DNA of 40,059 bases from a virus (taxonomy: Duplodnaviria; Caudoviricetes): positions 1 to 40,059 of IMG/VR virus record IMGVR_UViG_3300048576_000513; one strand, given 5' to 3'. The translations under genes were made by a program, and so were the position numbers. The notes below the pieces were generated by a model, which did no database searches, was not told the DNA's origin, and worked only from the letters and a program-made list of their open reading frames with translations. Of this stretch, positions 9,179 to 18,101 are shown in pieces. Positions within the stretch are counted from its first letter, which is position 1. Every line of letters starts with the position of its first letter.

Positions 9179-10470
9179 GACGCACCCTCGTCAACCATGC
9201 CGGAGATGGCCTTGTAGAGTTTGCGGGCCTGGGCCGGGGTGATGGTCGCGTCCTGGGGGATGCCCATATTATGGCGGGCGGCGGCGTCATGATCCGGGAA
9301 CATCTCCCGGGTGGCCTCGTAGTTTTCGAGGTCCTTGAGGTCGGCGTCGGAGTACGGACCGGCTTCAGCGGCCTTGACCGGTTCCGGCTCCCCGGATTCC
9401 CCCTCGGGCTCATGGCCGTAGGTGCCGTTTTCGCCCGGGGTCATGTCGATGGGCGCGGCGGCTTCGGCCGGGGCCGCTTCGGGTTCGCGTTCCTCGTCTT
9501 CGGCGTTGATGAGGTCTTCCTCCTCATCCATCCGATCCACGCCCTTGGTATACTGGATGGTCACAGGCTGCTCGCCTTCGCCCAGAGCGGCGAAGTTCTG
9601 GCCCTCGCCAAGCCCTTCAACGCGGCGCTGGACGTTGGCGTACATCGTGGCGTCCCACTTGAGCAGGCTGCCGCCGGTCGGACGCCAGCAGATAATGGAG
9701 AGGTCCCACCGGGGGCCGGGGGCCTTCTGTAGCCCGGAAAGGTGCTTACAGGCGTTGCGGCGGGCGAAGGTTTGCGCGAAATCGATGGCCTTCTTCTCGC
9801 GGTTCAGTATCTCGCCGTACCACTTCAAGGCCTCGCCGTGTTCGCTGTTGACCCACAGGACCATGGTTTCGTCAAAAGGATAACTTCCCCAGGTGCCCGC
9901 GTCCTTCGGCTTGTCCATGTCCGCCGGCAAGAGCTTGAACGCCTGGGGGGTTTGCTTTGCCTTGGCGATGAGGTCGATCAGGCGGTAGCTCGGCACGTCG
10001 TAGGCCGTGGTCCAGTCGGCGACCATGGGCAGGCCCTTCGAGGAGAATCGGAAGGCCACGGCCCGGGCGTAGATGTTGAGGATGCGCCGGTTGTTCGGGT
10101 CGCGGATCACGTGGGGGTTGGCCTGCTCCACGCCGTCCACAGTCACGGTCTTCGGGAAGATGACGCACGCCCCGGCAGCCTCGGCCCACAGCTCGTAACC
10201 CTGGGCCGAAACGACGAAGGGAATTTTGTCGGAAAAACCGGGCTTCACCAGCCCGCCATTCTCGGCCGAAAGGGTCAGGCGCTGCTTGAACGCTTTGATT
10301 TCCCCGGCCTTGTCAGTCAGGGCGAAAGCCTCATCCACTCCCAGGGCGACAATGTCCTTTTTGTGGAGCGCTCCGATGTAGGCGCTCAGGGCCTTTCCTT
10401 CCTGGGGCATGCTGGCCACCACCGCCCCGAGGGCGGCCTGGGCCTGGGATTGCAAATCGGCGTAGGTCAC
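9175..10470 (-). CDS. Hypothetical protein, possible single-strand annealing recombinase
   Basis: 431 aa; FAQTFARRNACKHLSG resembles the AxTxAxxRA helix of phage annealing proteins; acidic tail; context. Function inferred. Confidence 0.5.
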   Translation of the reverse strand: MTYADLQSQAQAALGAVVASMPQEGKALSAYIGALHKKDIVALGVDEAFALTDKAGEIKAFKQRLTLSAENGGLVKPGFSDKIPFVVSAQGYELWAEAAGACVIFPKTVTVDGVEQANPHVIRDPNNRRILNIYARAVAFRFSSKGLPMVADWTTAYDVPSYRLIDLIAKAKQTPQAFKLLPADMDKPKDAGTWGSYPFDETMVLWVNSEHGEALKWYGEILNREKKAIDFAQTFARRNACKHLSGLQKAPGPRWDLSIICWRPTGGSLLKWDATMYANVQRRVEGLGEGQNFAALGEGEQPVTIQYTKGVDRMDEEEDLINAEDEEREPEAAPAEAAAPIDMTPGENGTYGHEPEGESGEPEPVKAAEAGPYSDADLKDLENYEATREMFPDHDAAARHNMGIPQDATITPAQARKLYKAISGMVDEGAS

Positions 10471-10598
10471 GGGTTCCTCCTTGACTTTTTCGGCCGTCTG
10501 GCCGACAGGTCAGCTTGCTTGTTTTTGCTCCCCGCAGGAGCTGATGATTTTGGAAGCCCTGGCGTTGCACCGCTGGGGCTTCTTGCGTTTCTGGCGTG

Positions 10599-10790
10599 TC
10601 ATGCGGCTCCCACCTTGCGCCGACGCTCGACTATGCGCTGCCGGATCGCGGCCAGGGCCTCCTGGTTGAGACGGCGGACAGTGTCCAGATCGCCGCGCCT
10701 GCCCATTTCGGCGAAAAGCCGTCGCTGCGTGGCATCGTCCAGAGTGTTGAAAGCCAGGTGGTAGGGGCTCAAGAGCCCGGAGACGTTCAT
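10599..10790 (-). CDS. Hypothetical protein
   Basis: 63 aa MNVSGLL..., ATGA overlap. Confidence 0.6.
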   Translation of the reverse strand: MNVSGLLSPYHLAFNTLDDATQRRLFAEMGRRGDLDTVRRLNQEALAAIRQRIVERRRKVGAA

Positions 10791-11071
10791 GCGGCCTCCC
10801 TGGGCAGCCGCCCGTACAGCCCGCGCAGGGCGATGTCCTGGATCGCGGGGTCCTTGGCCGTGTTGTAGATTTCGAGCAGGGCCGTTTGCTTTGCCGCGGC
10901 GATCTCGGGGAGGTCTTCGTTCGGCGTCTCCGTTGATTCGTTCAAGGCCTCGCGGACCTGCCGCATAATGTCGGTGTTCTTTATTTCCAGGGGCAGAACG
11001 CCCAGACGGGGGTCGCCGTGGATCAACTCCATGGCCGCCGCTCTTCGGGCTTCGGTGGTCAGGTCGCTCAT
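10787..11071 (-). CDS. Hypothetical protein
   Basis: MSDLTTEARR..., ATGA overlap. Confidence 0.65.
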   Translation of the reverse strand: MSDLTTEARRAAAMELIHGDPRLGVLPLEIKNTDIMRQVREALNESTETPNEDLPEIAAAKQTALLEIYNTAKDPAIQDIALRGLYGRLPREAA

Positions 11072-11223
11072 TTCTGCACCTCGCGCATGCCATACCGGCA
11101 TGCCGTTTCCCGTTGCGGGCGGTCGCCCATGGCCGACCAGAACATCACGGCCGAAAGCGCCAGCCCGAGAATCATCCCGAAAATGGTGACATTGCGGATG
11201 GTGTGGTCGTGTTTTCGCTCCAC
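11068..11223 (-). CDS. Small single-pass membrane protein
   Basis: GTG start; hydrophobic VTIFGMILGLALSAVMFW. Confidence 0.5.
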   Translation of the reverse strand: MERKHDHTIRNVTIFGMILGLALSAVMFWSAMGDRPQRETACRYGMREVQK

Positions 11224-11234
11224 GGCCACGCCCC

Positions 11235-11696
11235 CTACGCCGCTGCGCGGCTCGGCAGGGCCAGAGCCGGCGGCTTGGAAAACTCCATGTCGTCCATGGT
11301 GTAGGGGCCGGCCGGTTCCAGGGTCACCTTGGCGCCGATGGGCACCATCACAAATTCGTACCCGGGACCGGTCATCTCCCGGGCCGTGGCCAGGATGTCG
11401 GAAATGGTGGGCTCCGGTTCGGCCGGGGCAGGCACGGTCATGGGCGCCGGGTTGGCCAGGTCGCGGCTGGTGTCCTCGCAGAGGTAGGGCCGGTCGGACT
11501 CGCCCATGATCCAACGGGGGTTTGCGTCGTGGCTCCAGATGAGGGCTTGGAGCCAGGAATCGGGGACGGACTGCCGGCGCTTGGCGTCGGAAATGCTCGA
11601 CTGGCGAATGCCCAGGACCTTGGCCAGTTCAACTTGGGTTCGGGTGCCGGTGATTGCGTAGATGCGCTGCATGGCAGCGGAAAAATCACTTTCCAT
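11235..11696 (-). CDS. Phage CI-type HTH DNA-binding protein
   Basis: TQVELAKVLGIRQSSISDAKRRQSVPDSWL...NPRWIMG. Confidence 0.85.
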   Translation of the reverse strand: MESDFSAAMQRIYAITGTRTQVELAKVLGIRQSSISDAKRRQSVPDSWLQALIWSHDANPRWIMGESDRPYLCEDTSRDLANPAPMTVPAPAEPEPTISDILATAREMTGPGYEFVMVPIGAKVTLEPAGPYTMDDMEFSKPPALALPSRAAA

Positions 11697-11720
11697 AATC
11701 CCCTCCCTTCAAAAAGCACC

Positions 11721-11965
11721 GGAGCCCCAGGCCAATCCCAGGGCTCCACCTTTTTTTGCGCCCGGCCAGGGCTGCCAGGCCCTGGCCGGGGGAAAGGGAA
11801 CGAGACATGCTCGCTCGCTCTCCAATAATTGCGGGGCGGCCAGCCTTGGGGGAGATTGATCCGCCCCGCGTACTCGATATGCACTCAGCCTCTGCCAATG
11901 GCCCGGCCATGGGGGAGATGCCGGGGTTGAGGTTGCGCGTGTGGGGACACGCGGGGAGATTTGGA
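11721..11965. repeat. Cluster of five GC-rich hairpins, several with G-run loops
   Basis: ggagccc/gggctcc; cccggccagggc/gccctggccggg; gcggggcgg/ccgccccgc; cccggccat/atgccggg; cgcgtgt/acacgcg. Confidence 0.7.
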
Positions 11966-12103
11966 GCTGCGTCGGCAAAAATTTGGGCTACTTTATCAGC
12001 ACTTCTCCGGGGTCAGCCGGCCAGTTTGCATCAATTTCACCCTCGACACGTAATGACTTCTGCTGACTAGGCGTCCGTCCTCGGTGCCGAAATGGGAAAT
12101 TCG

Positions 12104-12325
12104 CTATTTGACCTCGACAAATTTACGGTCATCACTAAGCCGGTACTTTTTGCCCGCCTCCAACCCATCTTCGCCAACATACCCAATAACAACGCGCCAT
12201 CTTCCGGCCGCATTGTCCCACCATTTTATGGAGATGGTGCCCCCGTCCCCGGCGGTCGCGGTGCCCCCGGCCCCCAACCGGCTTATTTCCAGTTTTTGCG
12301 TGTCTGCATTCCACGCCGCAGCCAC
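12104..12325 (-). pseudogene. Truncated remnant of a GTATAGDG-repeat phage protein
   Basis: About one repeat plus the typical C-terminus (GYVGEDGLEAGKKYRLSDDRKFVEV); N-terminal part absent. Confidence 0.5.
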
Positions 12326-12455
12326 CCTCTTAAAGCTCAAGCTAGGCGGGGGACTCATCATCCCCCGCCGGAAATTCGCGTTCGATCATTCAGCATTGCC
12401 CCTGGCTAGCCGTTTCCAACGGTTGTGTTGGTTGCTCGCTGCGTAGGGGGCCAGA

Positions 12456-12467
12456 TTGTCAAAGATC
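12456..12467 (-). promoter_or_regulatory. boxA-like antitermination site
   Basis: GATCTTTGACAA on minus strand, about 250 nt downstream of PL; resembles boxA GCTCTTTAACAA. Confidence 0.4.
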
Positions 12468-12715
12468 TCTTCAGGTTGAGTTATTTAGTAATCCTTAAAC
12501 ACTGCCCCTGCCGCTTATGCCCTCGTCCCGCCTCCGGTCCCCTCCCGTGGAGTGCCGCCCCGCTGGCGCCATGGTGGGCGTACCCTGCCCATGGCCGCTT
12601 TCGGCTTTCTGCTCCTGGGTTCCTCTGGCTTTCAGAGAGCTGCTCATCCCGTCCCGCTTCCCCTACTACCCGGCCCGTGGGCGCGGGGTGTTCGGTTCCG
12701 CGTTTCGTTGGGGAG

Positions 12716-12770
12716 AAGATATGTCAGATTGTCATGTCTTGCAAGCATTAAACCATGTCAAATTGGCATA
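12716..12770 (-). promoter_or_regulatory. PL promoter with two operators
   Basis: TTGCAA (12739-44)-17 nt-TATCTT (12716-21); operators TATGTCAGATTGTCATG (12720-36) and CATGTCAAATTGGCATA (12754-70). Confidence 0.85.
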
Positions 12771-12798
12771 GCCTTCAAAAAAATTTTGGGCTAGCCTC

Positions 12799-12820
12799 AA
12801 AAAAACCCGCGCGAGGCGGG
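12799..12820 (-). terminator. Intrinsic terminator
   Basis: cccgc-ctcgc-gcggg followed by T7 on minus strand. Confidence 0.65.
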
Positions 12821-12839
12821 CCAATCAGCGGAGGAATCT

Positions 12840-13274
12840 ATGGAAGAGCTTTTACGGGAACTTCTGGCGGAGGTGCGGGCGCTTCGGCGAGAAGCGGCGA
12901 ACGCTATGGGACGGCGGTCCTGCTTTGATGCCCAGGAGGACAAGGCGGGGGTGGAGATGGTCGGGGAGCAAGGCCCCGAGGTGCGGGCCTTTGGCTCAGA
13001 AGGGGGCGGCCAAGAGGCAAAGGAAGGGGATTTCGACTACGGCGGGGACTTTTTCTGGATGTCCAATGCCGAGAACTCACGGGAGCAGGAAGACCTTCTC
13101 GGGCGCTTCCTGGTGGTAGCCCAAAACATCAAGTGTTGCTCAACAGGCTGCGCCTTTCACAAGATGCGGTTTGGATGCGCGCTGAAGGGCGTCTACCTGG
13201 CCCACGGGAAGTGCTCGCAGTTTCTCCCGCGCGAGGAATGGCTGAAGATCAACGAGAAGATGGGCGTCCGGTAA
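12840..13274 (+). CDS. Hypothetical protein with C-terminal Cys cluster (DUF1540-like)
   Basis: GGAGG RBS; IKCCSTGCAFHK..GCALKGV. Confidence 0.6.
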   Translation: MEELLRELLAEVRALRREAANAMGRRSCFDAQEDKAGVEMVGEQGPEVRAFGSEGGGQEAKEGDFDYGGDFFWMSNAENSREQEDLLGRFLVVAQNIKCCSTGCAFHKMRFGCALKGVYLAHGKCSQFLPREEWLKINEKMGVR

Positions 13275-13303
13275 CCATTACTTTTGCAAGCCAGGAGGAC
13301 TGC

Positions 13304-13588
13304 ATGGATATTTTCAAAAAGTATAAAGATGCCAAACTGGAGATCGACGACTTCACGCAACCGTTCATAATAAAGGAGCGCGATGAGGCCCCGCTCAACG
13401 AAAAGACTTCTCTCTTCTTAACATCAAAAGCGAAAGACGGGACCGGGCGCGTTGTTGGTCTTGTTCGCGTTAAGCGGATTAGTGGGCCATACTTTGAAGT
13501 AGTTGCAGTAGGTCCGGTCCTTGACGAAAAAGCAGACCTACTGACTGTTTTGCAAGTTCGGAAAGAGCAGCAGATGAAAGGTTCTTAA
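13304..13588 (+). CDS. Hypothetical protein
   Basis: AGGAGG RBS before MDIFKKY; 3' end overlaps the convergent gene. Confidence 0.55.
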   Translation: MDIFKKYKDAKLEIDDFTQPFIIKERDEAPLNEKTSLFLTSKAKDGTGRVVGLVRVKRISGPYFEVVAVGPVLDEKADLLTVLQVRKEQQMKGS

Positions 13589-13976
13589 CAACACCCCTTA
13601 GCCTTGATTTCTTTTCATCACTAAGGGGGGACTTGTTTACGTTATCCATCAGGAAAATCTTCACCTGCTCATCGTCAAGCCGGATCGTCATGGTCCCAAG
13701 GGCAGCAGTTAAGCCGCCATCGGGCTCTAAAAAGTCCACCCCCTTAGTGGTGATTGTCACGTCCATAACCTCGGGAGCATCCATCGTCATTTCCCCTGCT
13801 TCGGTCATATCGACAAGGCCATGATCTTTTAAGTAGCGCAAATTTGTATACCACCTCCACGGGTCTTCTTTGAAATGCGTGGGGATTTGATCTTGGTCGA
13901 TTGGTTGATACGGTGTTTCATTTAGGAGCTCTAATATCTCCAGCTGGAATCCACTATCCAAAGACTTGTTTCTCAT
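13479..13976 (-). CDS. Winged-helix prophage protein (YjcQ-like)
   Basis: QLEILELL..NLRYLKDHGLV..ITTKGVDFLEPDGGL. Confidence 0.75.
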   Translation of the reverse strand: MRNKSLDSGFQLEILELLNETPYQPIDQDQIPTHFKEDPWRWYTNLRYLKDHGLVDMTEAGEMTMDAPEVMDVTITTKGVDFLEPDGGLTAALGTMTIRLDDEQVKIFLMDNVNKSPLSDEKKSRLRGVVKNLSSAALSELAKQSVGLLFRQGPDLLQLLQSMAH

Positions 13977-13988
13977 TCTGAATACCCT

Positions 13989-14300
13989 TTATTTCAAAAC
14001 ACTAATGCCGCTCGCCGGGCTGGCCTTCCCAACCAAGTCGCCCATGTATTTGAACTCAATATATCTAGCCTTTCCCGTAATGCACGCGTCTGCGTCAGCT
14101 ACGGAATGAATCATTTTCGACCTTGTTCCCTTATCTTGCGACATAATATAATTACTCATATTGCACTGAAGCTCGTCTCCACTCGGGGCGCACTGGATAA
14201 ATTCCGAGGCCATCGCCATGACGCGGACACACTGCGGGTCGGCTGAATAGGCAACAGCGGAAATGGACAACACACATATTACAAGAGCGACTATTTTCAC
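13989..14300 (-). CDS. Exported protein of the immunity region
   Basis: GTG start, signal peptide KIVALVICVLSISAVAYSA, several Cys. Confidence 0.6.
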   Translation of the reverse strand: MKIVALVICVLSISAVAYSADPQCVRVMAMASEFIQCAPSGDELQCNMSNYIMSQDKGTRSKMIHSVADADACITGKARYIEFKYMGDLVGKASPASGISVLK

Positions 14301-14319
14301 GATATTTTCCCTCCCTTGA

Positions 14320-14664
14320 TTAAGCGGAAGCACGATCTCCGTTCAAAAAATCATTCTCACCTGGCCTATCATCTCCGTTCCCTGGGCTTAATTCTGCATG
14401 TTCTTCAGCCAGCACCAATATCTTTTCCAACGGTTTGTGTACGGCCTTCGCCATTTTCAAAGCATCGATCATTTTTAAATTATGAGGCTTTTTGACGTAC
14501 CTTTTCCATTTGTGCGTTTCTTTTGAATTAAAAGCCGCCATAACAAATTTTGTCACATTGAAAGGCTCCTCGCCCTCTGGCCCTCGGGGATTCGGCTCGA
14601 ATTCTTCGCGCGTCATTATCTGACGCCGAATCTCGTCAATTATGGCTTTGCACATTTTTTCCAC
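14320..14664 (-). CDS. Putative immunity repressor (no S24 peptidase domain)
   Basis: Sits in cI position divergent from the cro-like gene; weak HTH-like C-terminal half. Function inferred from position. Confidence 0.55.
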   Translation of the reverse strand: MEKMCKAIIDEIRRQIMTREEFEPNPRGPEGEEPFNVTKFVMAAFNSKETHKWKRYVKKPHNLKMIDALKMAKAVHKPLEKILVLAEEHAELSPGNGDDRPGENDFLNGDRASA

Positions 14665-14698
14665 ATATCAATAATGCCAAACCCTTCTGGGATGGCAA

Positions 14699-14753
14699 TA
14701 TGTCGATTTGTCCGGTCTTGACTCTTGCAAGGTATGTCGATTTGACATATCTT
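14699..14753 (+). promoter_or_regulatory. PR promoter with two operators
   Basis: TTGCAA (14725-30)-17 nt-TATCTT (14748-53); operators TATGTCGATTTGTCCGG (14699-715) and TATGTCGATTTGACATA (14733-49). Confidence 0.85.
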
Positions 14754-14759
14754 AACTCC

Positions 14760-15011
14760 ATGAGCATCGAACACACCCTAAGCCCAGTCCAGCGCAAAGC
14801 GCTAGAGTCCGCTTACCCTACCCAGGCCGAAGCGGCCCGCGCGCTCCAGTGCTCCCTCCGCACCTACGCCAGAGTGCTAAAGGGCCAGTGCAAGCGAGGG
14901 AAAACGGTCCTCTTGGCGAAGGTACATGCCGACGCTCTCCTTTCCCGCCAGTTCGACGAGTCCGGACGCCCCCTCCCCGCCACCACGCAACCCGACCGCC
15001 AGGAGGCCTAG
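14760..15011 (+). CDS. Cro-like HTH protein, probably leaderless
   Basis: TQAEAARALQCSLRTYARV; ATG 6 nt after the -10, no RBS. Confidence 0.75.
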   Translation: MSIEHTLSPVQRKALESAYPTQAEAARALQCSLRTYARVLKGQCKRGKTVLLAKVHADALLSRQFDESGRPLPATTQPDRQEA

Positions 15012-15013
15012 CC

Positions 15014-15205
15014 ATGAAATTCTGTCCCGACTGTGGGCACAAGCTGCCCGAAGAAAAACGCCCCACACTGCCCATGATGTCCTCGCCTCTTGGCGCCGAA
15101 CTTTTGGACATCATCAACGTCCTCCGCGCCCTCGGCTGCGCGGAGGACGTTGTATTGAAGGTCGTTCTCGTCAGGATTTCTGAGTCTCTCCATCCAATGC
15201 ATTGA
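15014..15205 (+). CDS. Small zinc-ribbon protein
   Basis: MKFCPDCGHKL with AGGAGG RBS. Confidence 0.65.
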   Translation: MKFCPDCGHKLPEEKRPTLPMMSSPLGAELLDIINVLRALGCAEDVVLKVVLVRISESLHPMH

Positions 15206-15374
15206 ACCTTGCAAGCGCATGATCGAAAAGGTTGGTCACATTTAGTGCCGTCCCAGCCGTTGTTCCTTGCCCTGACCCGGCGAGTTGATACGCCAGGATG
15301 TAGGCCAACTTGAAATTGTTGCTTTTGCCTTCAAGGGACAGGGCCATGGTCTCTTCAATGTTTTCGATAGGCAT
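15171..15374 (-). CDS. Small hypothetical protein
   Basis: 67 aa with AGAGGAG upstream; opposite to operon. Confidence 0.4.
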   Translation of the reverse strand: MPIENIEETMALSLEGKSNNFKLAYILAYQLAGSGQGTTAGTALNVTNLFDHALARFNALDGETQKS

Positions 15375-15733
15375 TTCGCTTCTCCTCTCGGTTTGGGTTT
15401 GGGTCGCACCGATTCAATACCGAGGGGAGGGGCGGGAATAAAGGGTTCATCCATGCACATCCCCGCAATTTCCGATGGGCAGCGCCGCCTGCATGGTCAG
15501 CAGCCCCGGGAACCGCTCGATGGCCATTCGCTCGGCGTCACGCACCATGTCCGGCCATGGCATGTCGGCCGGTCGTTTCATGGTGCGCCAGTGGATTGCA
15601 TCGACCTCGCGCACGCGGATCAACACGCGGATCAGGCCGGGGAACTCGGGGTCTTTGCGAGGATGGATCGAGACGTATTTGGGGGTTGGCATGGGGGCAC
15701 AGTACATGCCCCGATTTCAATAGCGAGGGACAA

Positions 15734-16201
15734 ATGAACTTCGAAAAACCCCCGGTCGAGCCATGGGAAATGATGGCCGAAGCCAAGCGGGCTCTTGGTA
15801 TCACCACGTTCCAGAAACTCCTTGGCGTCGGGACTACACAGGCGAATCGGTATTGCAGGAACCCCAAGTTCACGGCCGATGCCGAGAACAGCCAGCTTGT
15901 GCGGTTGCGGGACCTCTTTGATGAACTGCGTAACGCAGGGGCCGAGGACCAAGTGCGGCAGATGCTCAACTTTCTCGGCGAGTCCATCGGCGAGCGCGTC
16001 GGCGGCCGGGCCAACACCGCACCCAACAAGGACACCGTGGCCGAGGAGTGTCTGGACGATCTCCCCTCGCTAGCCCTGGTCCATGAGCTTTTGCAGAGTG
16101 GAGAGCATCCACGTGTGATCCGGGACGCTTTTGACAAGCTCGTGGATGAGGTGAGCCAGGACCTTTCGCTCTACGAAAACAAATGGCGCGAGGGGAAGTA
16201 G
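15734..16201 (+). CDS. CII-like regulatory protein
   Basis: N-terminal HTH-like FQKLLGVGTTQANRYCRNP; position after cro. Confidence 0.6.
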   Translation: MNFEKPPVEPWEMMAEAKRALGITTFQKLLGVGTTQANRYCRNPKFTADAENSQLVRLRDLFDELRNAGAEDQVRQMLNFLGESIGERVGGRANTAPNKDTVAEECLDDLPSLALVHELLQSGEHPRVIRDAFDKLVDEVSQDLSLYENKWREGK

Positions 16202-16435
16202 ATGACCAACCCCGCCACCTGGCCATCCCACACCCTCGACCCCCGTTGCTGTCCCCAGGACCACACCGCCCCGCTCTCAACGGCGCTTTGCCTGGCCAAT
16301 ATCGATCTTGAAGCCGCCCCGTGTCTCCGGTGCCTCCGGGGACAGGAGATTGCCCGAGCCAATACCGCCAAGCGTCGGGCGGATGCGGCCAGGAGCAGCA
16401 AAATAAAAAAGCCCCGGATGGGCCGGGGCTCATGA
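16202..16435 (+). CDS. Small Cys-containing protein
   Basis: Abuts the upstream stop; CLRC. Confidence 0.5.
   Translation: MTNPATWPSHTLDPRCCPQDHTAPLSTALCLANIDLEAAPCLRCLRGQEIARANTAKRRADAARSSKIKKPRMGRGS
16401..16430 (-). terminator. Intrinsic terminator for an antisense transcript
   Basis: agccccgg-cccat-ccggggct followed by TTTTTATTT on minus strand. Confidence 0.55.
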
Positions 16436-16446
16436 AGGGAGATTGT

Positions 16447-17352
16447 ATGCAAGCTTTTGCTCAAGCGGATAAGCGTCAAGACCTCCTGACGTCAGGGGAA
16501 ATGGTCATTGACAGGCCCTTGGCCGAGATCATCCTCAACGACTGCCGATACCCTCGACAACGCAAAATCTACACACATCACGTCGATCTGTTGCGTGGGC
16601 TGATGCGGCGTGGAGAATGGTGGGACGACGACCAGCTTACCTTTTGCCGCCTGCCGTCAGGGAAACTGTACTTGGTCAACGGCTACCACCGGCTGACCGC
16701 TATTGCGGCCGAAGACCTCCCCGTCAAATTTTCCATCCGCATCCTCCAGGCCGTGGACATGGACGCCGTAAACCGATGCTACACGTCGTTCGACACCATG
16801 AACCGCAAGCGCTCGGAAACAGAAATCTTAGGCGCCATGGGGATTCAGGAAAAGTTCGGCCTGAAGGGCGCATTTGCGTCCGCTGTCTATCGGGCCATTC
16901 CGATCATCGCCAATAAATTCTACATGCCGAACTACCAGACCGACCCGACCCATGTACGCGATGTGATGGCGCGAATCGAGATGTCGGCTGACTATTGGGT
17001 GTTCGGCAGAACTTACCAGGATCTTCTCAATGACGGCAGTCATGCCATCAAGACAAAGCTCTTGTCTGCCTCCGTCGCTGCCGTGGCCTTGGTTACCATC
17101 AAGCATCAACCAGGGAAGGCGGCACAGTTCTGGTCCGGCGTGGCCCTCCTTAGCGGCGTCCAGAGACGCGACCCGCGCCACACGCTGAATAAAAAACTCC
17201 TCGACACCAGATACCCGAACCAGTTCAAGCACGGAACAATTCCTTTGGCCGCGAACGATTGCGCCGTGGCCTGGAACGCCTTCATGCAGGGCCGCGAAAT
17301 CGGCGTGCTTCGCGAGGCCGCCTTCCGGCTGGTCGGGACGCCCTGGAGGTAG
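16447..17352 (+). CDS. ParB/Srx-fold protein
   Basis: RQRKI..HV..L...M..GEW; LVNGYHRLTAI. Confidence 0.75.
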   Translation: MQAFAQADKRQDLLTSGEMVIDRPLAEIILNDCRYPRQRKIYTHHVDLLRGLMRRGEWWDDDQLTFCRLPSGKLYLVNGYHRLTAIAAEDLPVKFSIRILQAVDMDAVNRCYTSFDTMNRKRSETEILGAMGIQEKFGLKGAFASAVYRAIPIIANKFYMPNYQTDPTHVRDVMARIEMSADYWVFGRTYQDLLNDGSHAIKTKLLSASVAAVALVTIKHQPGKAAQFWSGVALLSGVQRRDPRHTLNKKLLDTRYPNQFKHGTIPLAANDCAVAWNAFMQGREIGVLREAAFRLVGTPWR

Positions 17353-17354
17353 CC

Positions 17355-18101
17355 GTGGAAATCAGGCGTATTTCTCTTGCGGACACTATCCGCAACATCG
17401 AGGCCAGACCGGTGGACAGGAAGGCGGTTGAAGCCCTGGCGGAATCCATGAACAGGCTGGGGCTTCTCAACCCCATCACGGTCTACCCCACCACTTATGC
17501 CTCCAGGGGGAAGGCCGACAATCCAGGGTGGGGTATTGCCGCCGGCCATCACCGTTTTGAGGCGGCTAAAATGCTCGGCTGGGAAGAGATTGACGCCTTT
17601 GTGGTGGAGGCGGCCTCCGAGATCACGACGCGCCGCCTCATCGAGATCAGCGAAAACCTGCACCGAGCGGAATTGACGGCGCTGGAACGGGACAAACTGG
17701 TGGCGGAATGGGTGGAGCTGACGGGGGGAGTTTCGTCTCAACTTGATACGAAACTCGGTCGCCCTGAAAGCGGTGCGAGAAAAGCCGCTCGTGATCTTGG
17801 GCTCGAAAAGATGGATGTCCACCGCGCCCTCAAGGTCGCCTCCCTGTCCCCCGAAGCCCAGGACGCGGCCCGCGAAATCGGGCTTGACGACAACCGGGCG
17901 GCCCTCTTGGAGGCGCGGAAACAGCCGACCCCGGAAGCACAGGTGGAGTCGCTACGCCGTAGAGCCGAGGTAAAGTTGGCCCCCCTCGTTATGGACGATT
18001 TCGCGATCATCCAAAAGCAAAAAGCCGCACTCATAAAGGCGTGGGAATCGGCACGGCCAGAGGCGAGGAACGAATTTCTTAAGGAGATAGGCGAACGATG
18101 A
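17355..18101 (+). CDS. ParB/Spo0J family protein
   Basis: LAESMNRLGLLNPITV, AGHHRFEAAKMLG, ENLHRAELT, HTH. Confidence 0.88.
   Translation: MEIRRISLADTIRNIEARPVDRKAVEALAESMNRLGLLNPITVYPTTYASRGKADNPGWGIAAGHHRFEAAKMLGWEEIDAFVVEAASEITTRRLIEISENLHRAELTALERDKLVAEWVELTGGVSSQLDTKLGRPESGARKAARDLGLEKMDVHRALKVASLSPEAQDAAREIGLDDNRAALLEARKQPTPEAQVESLRRRAEVKLAPLVMDDFAIIQKQKAALIKAWESARPEARNEFLKEIGER

Noticed and set aside
12104-12325. Template repeat of a diversity-generating retroelement
   Set aside because: No reverse transcriptase and no second adenine-variant copy seen in the window.
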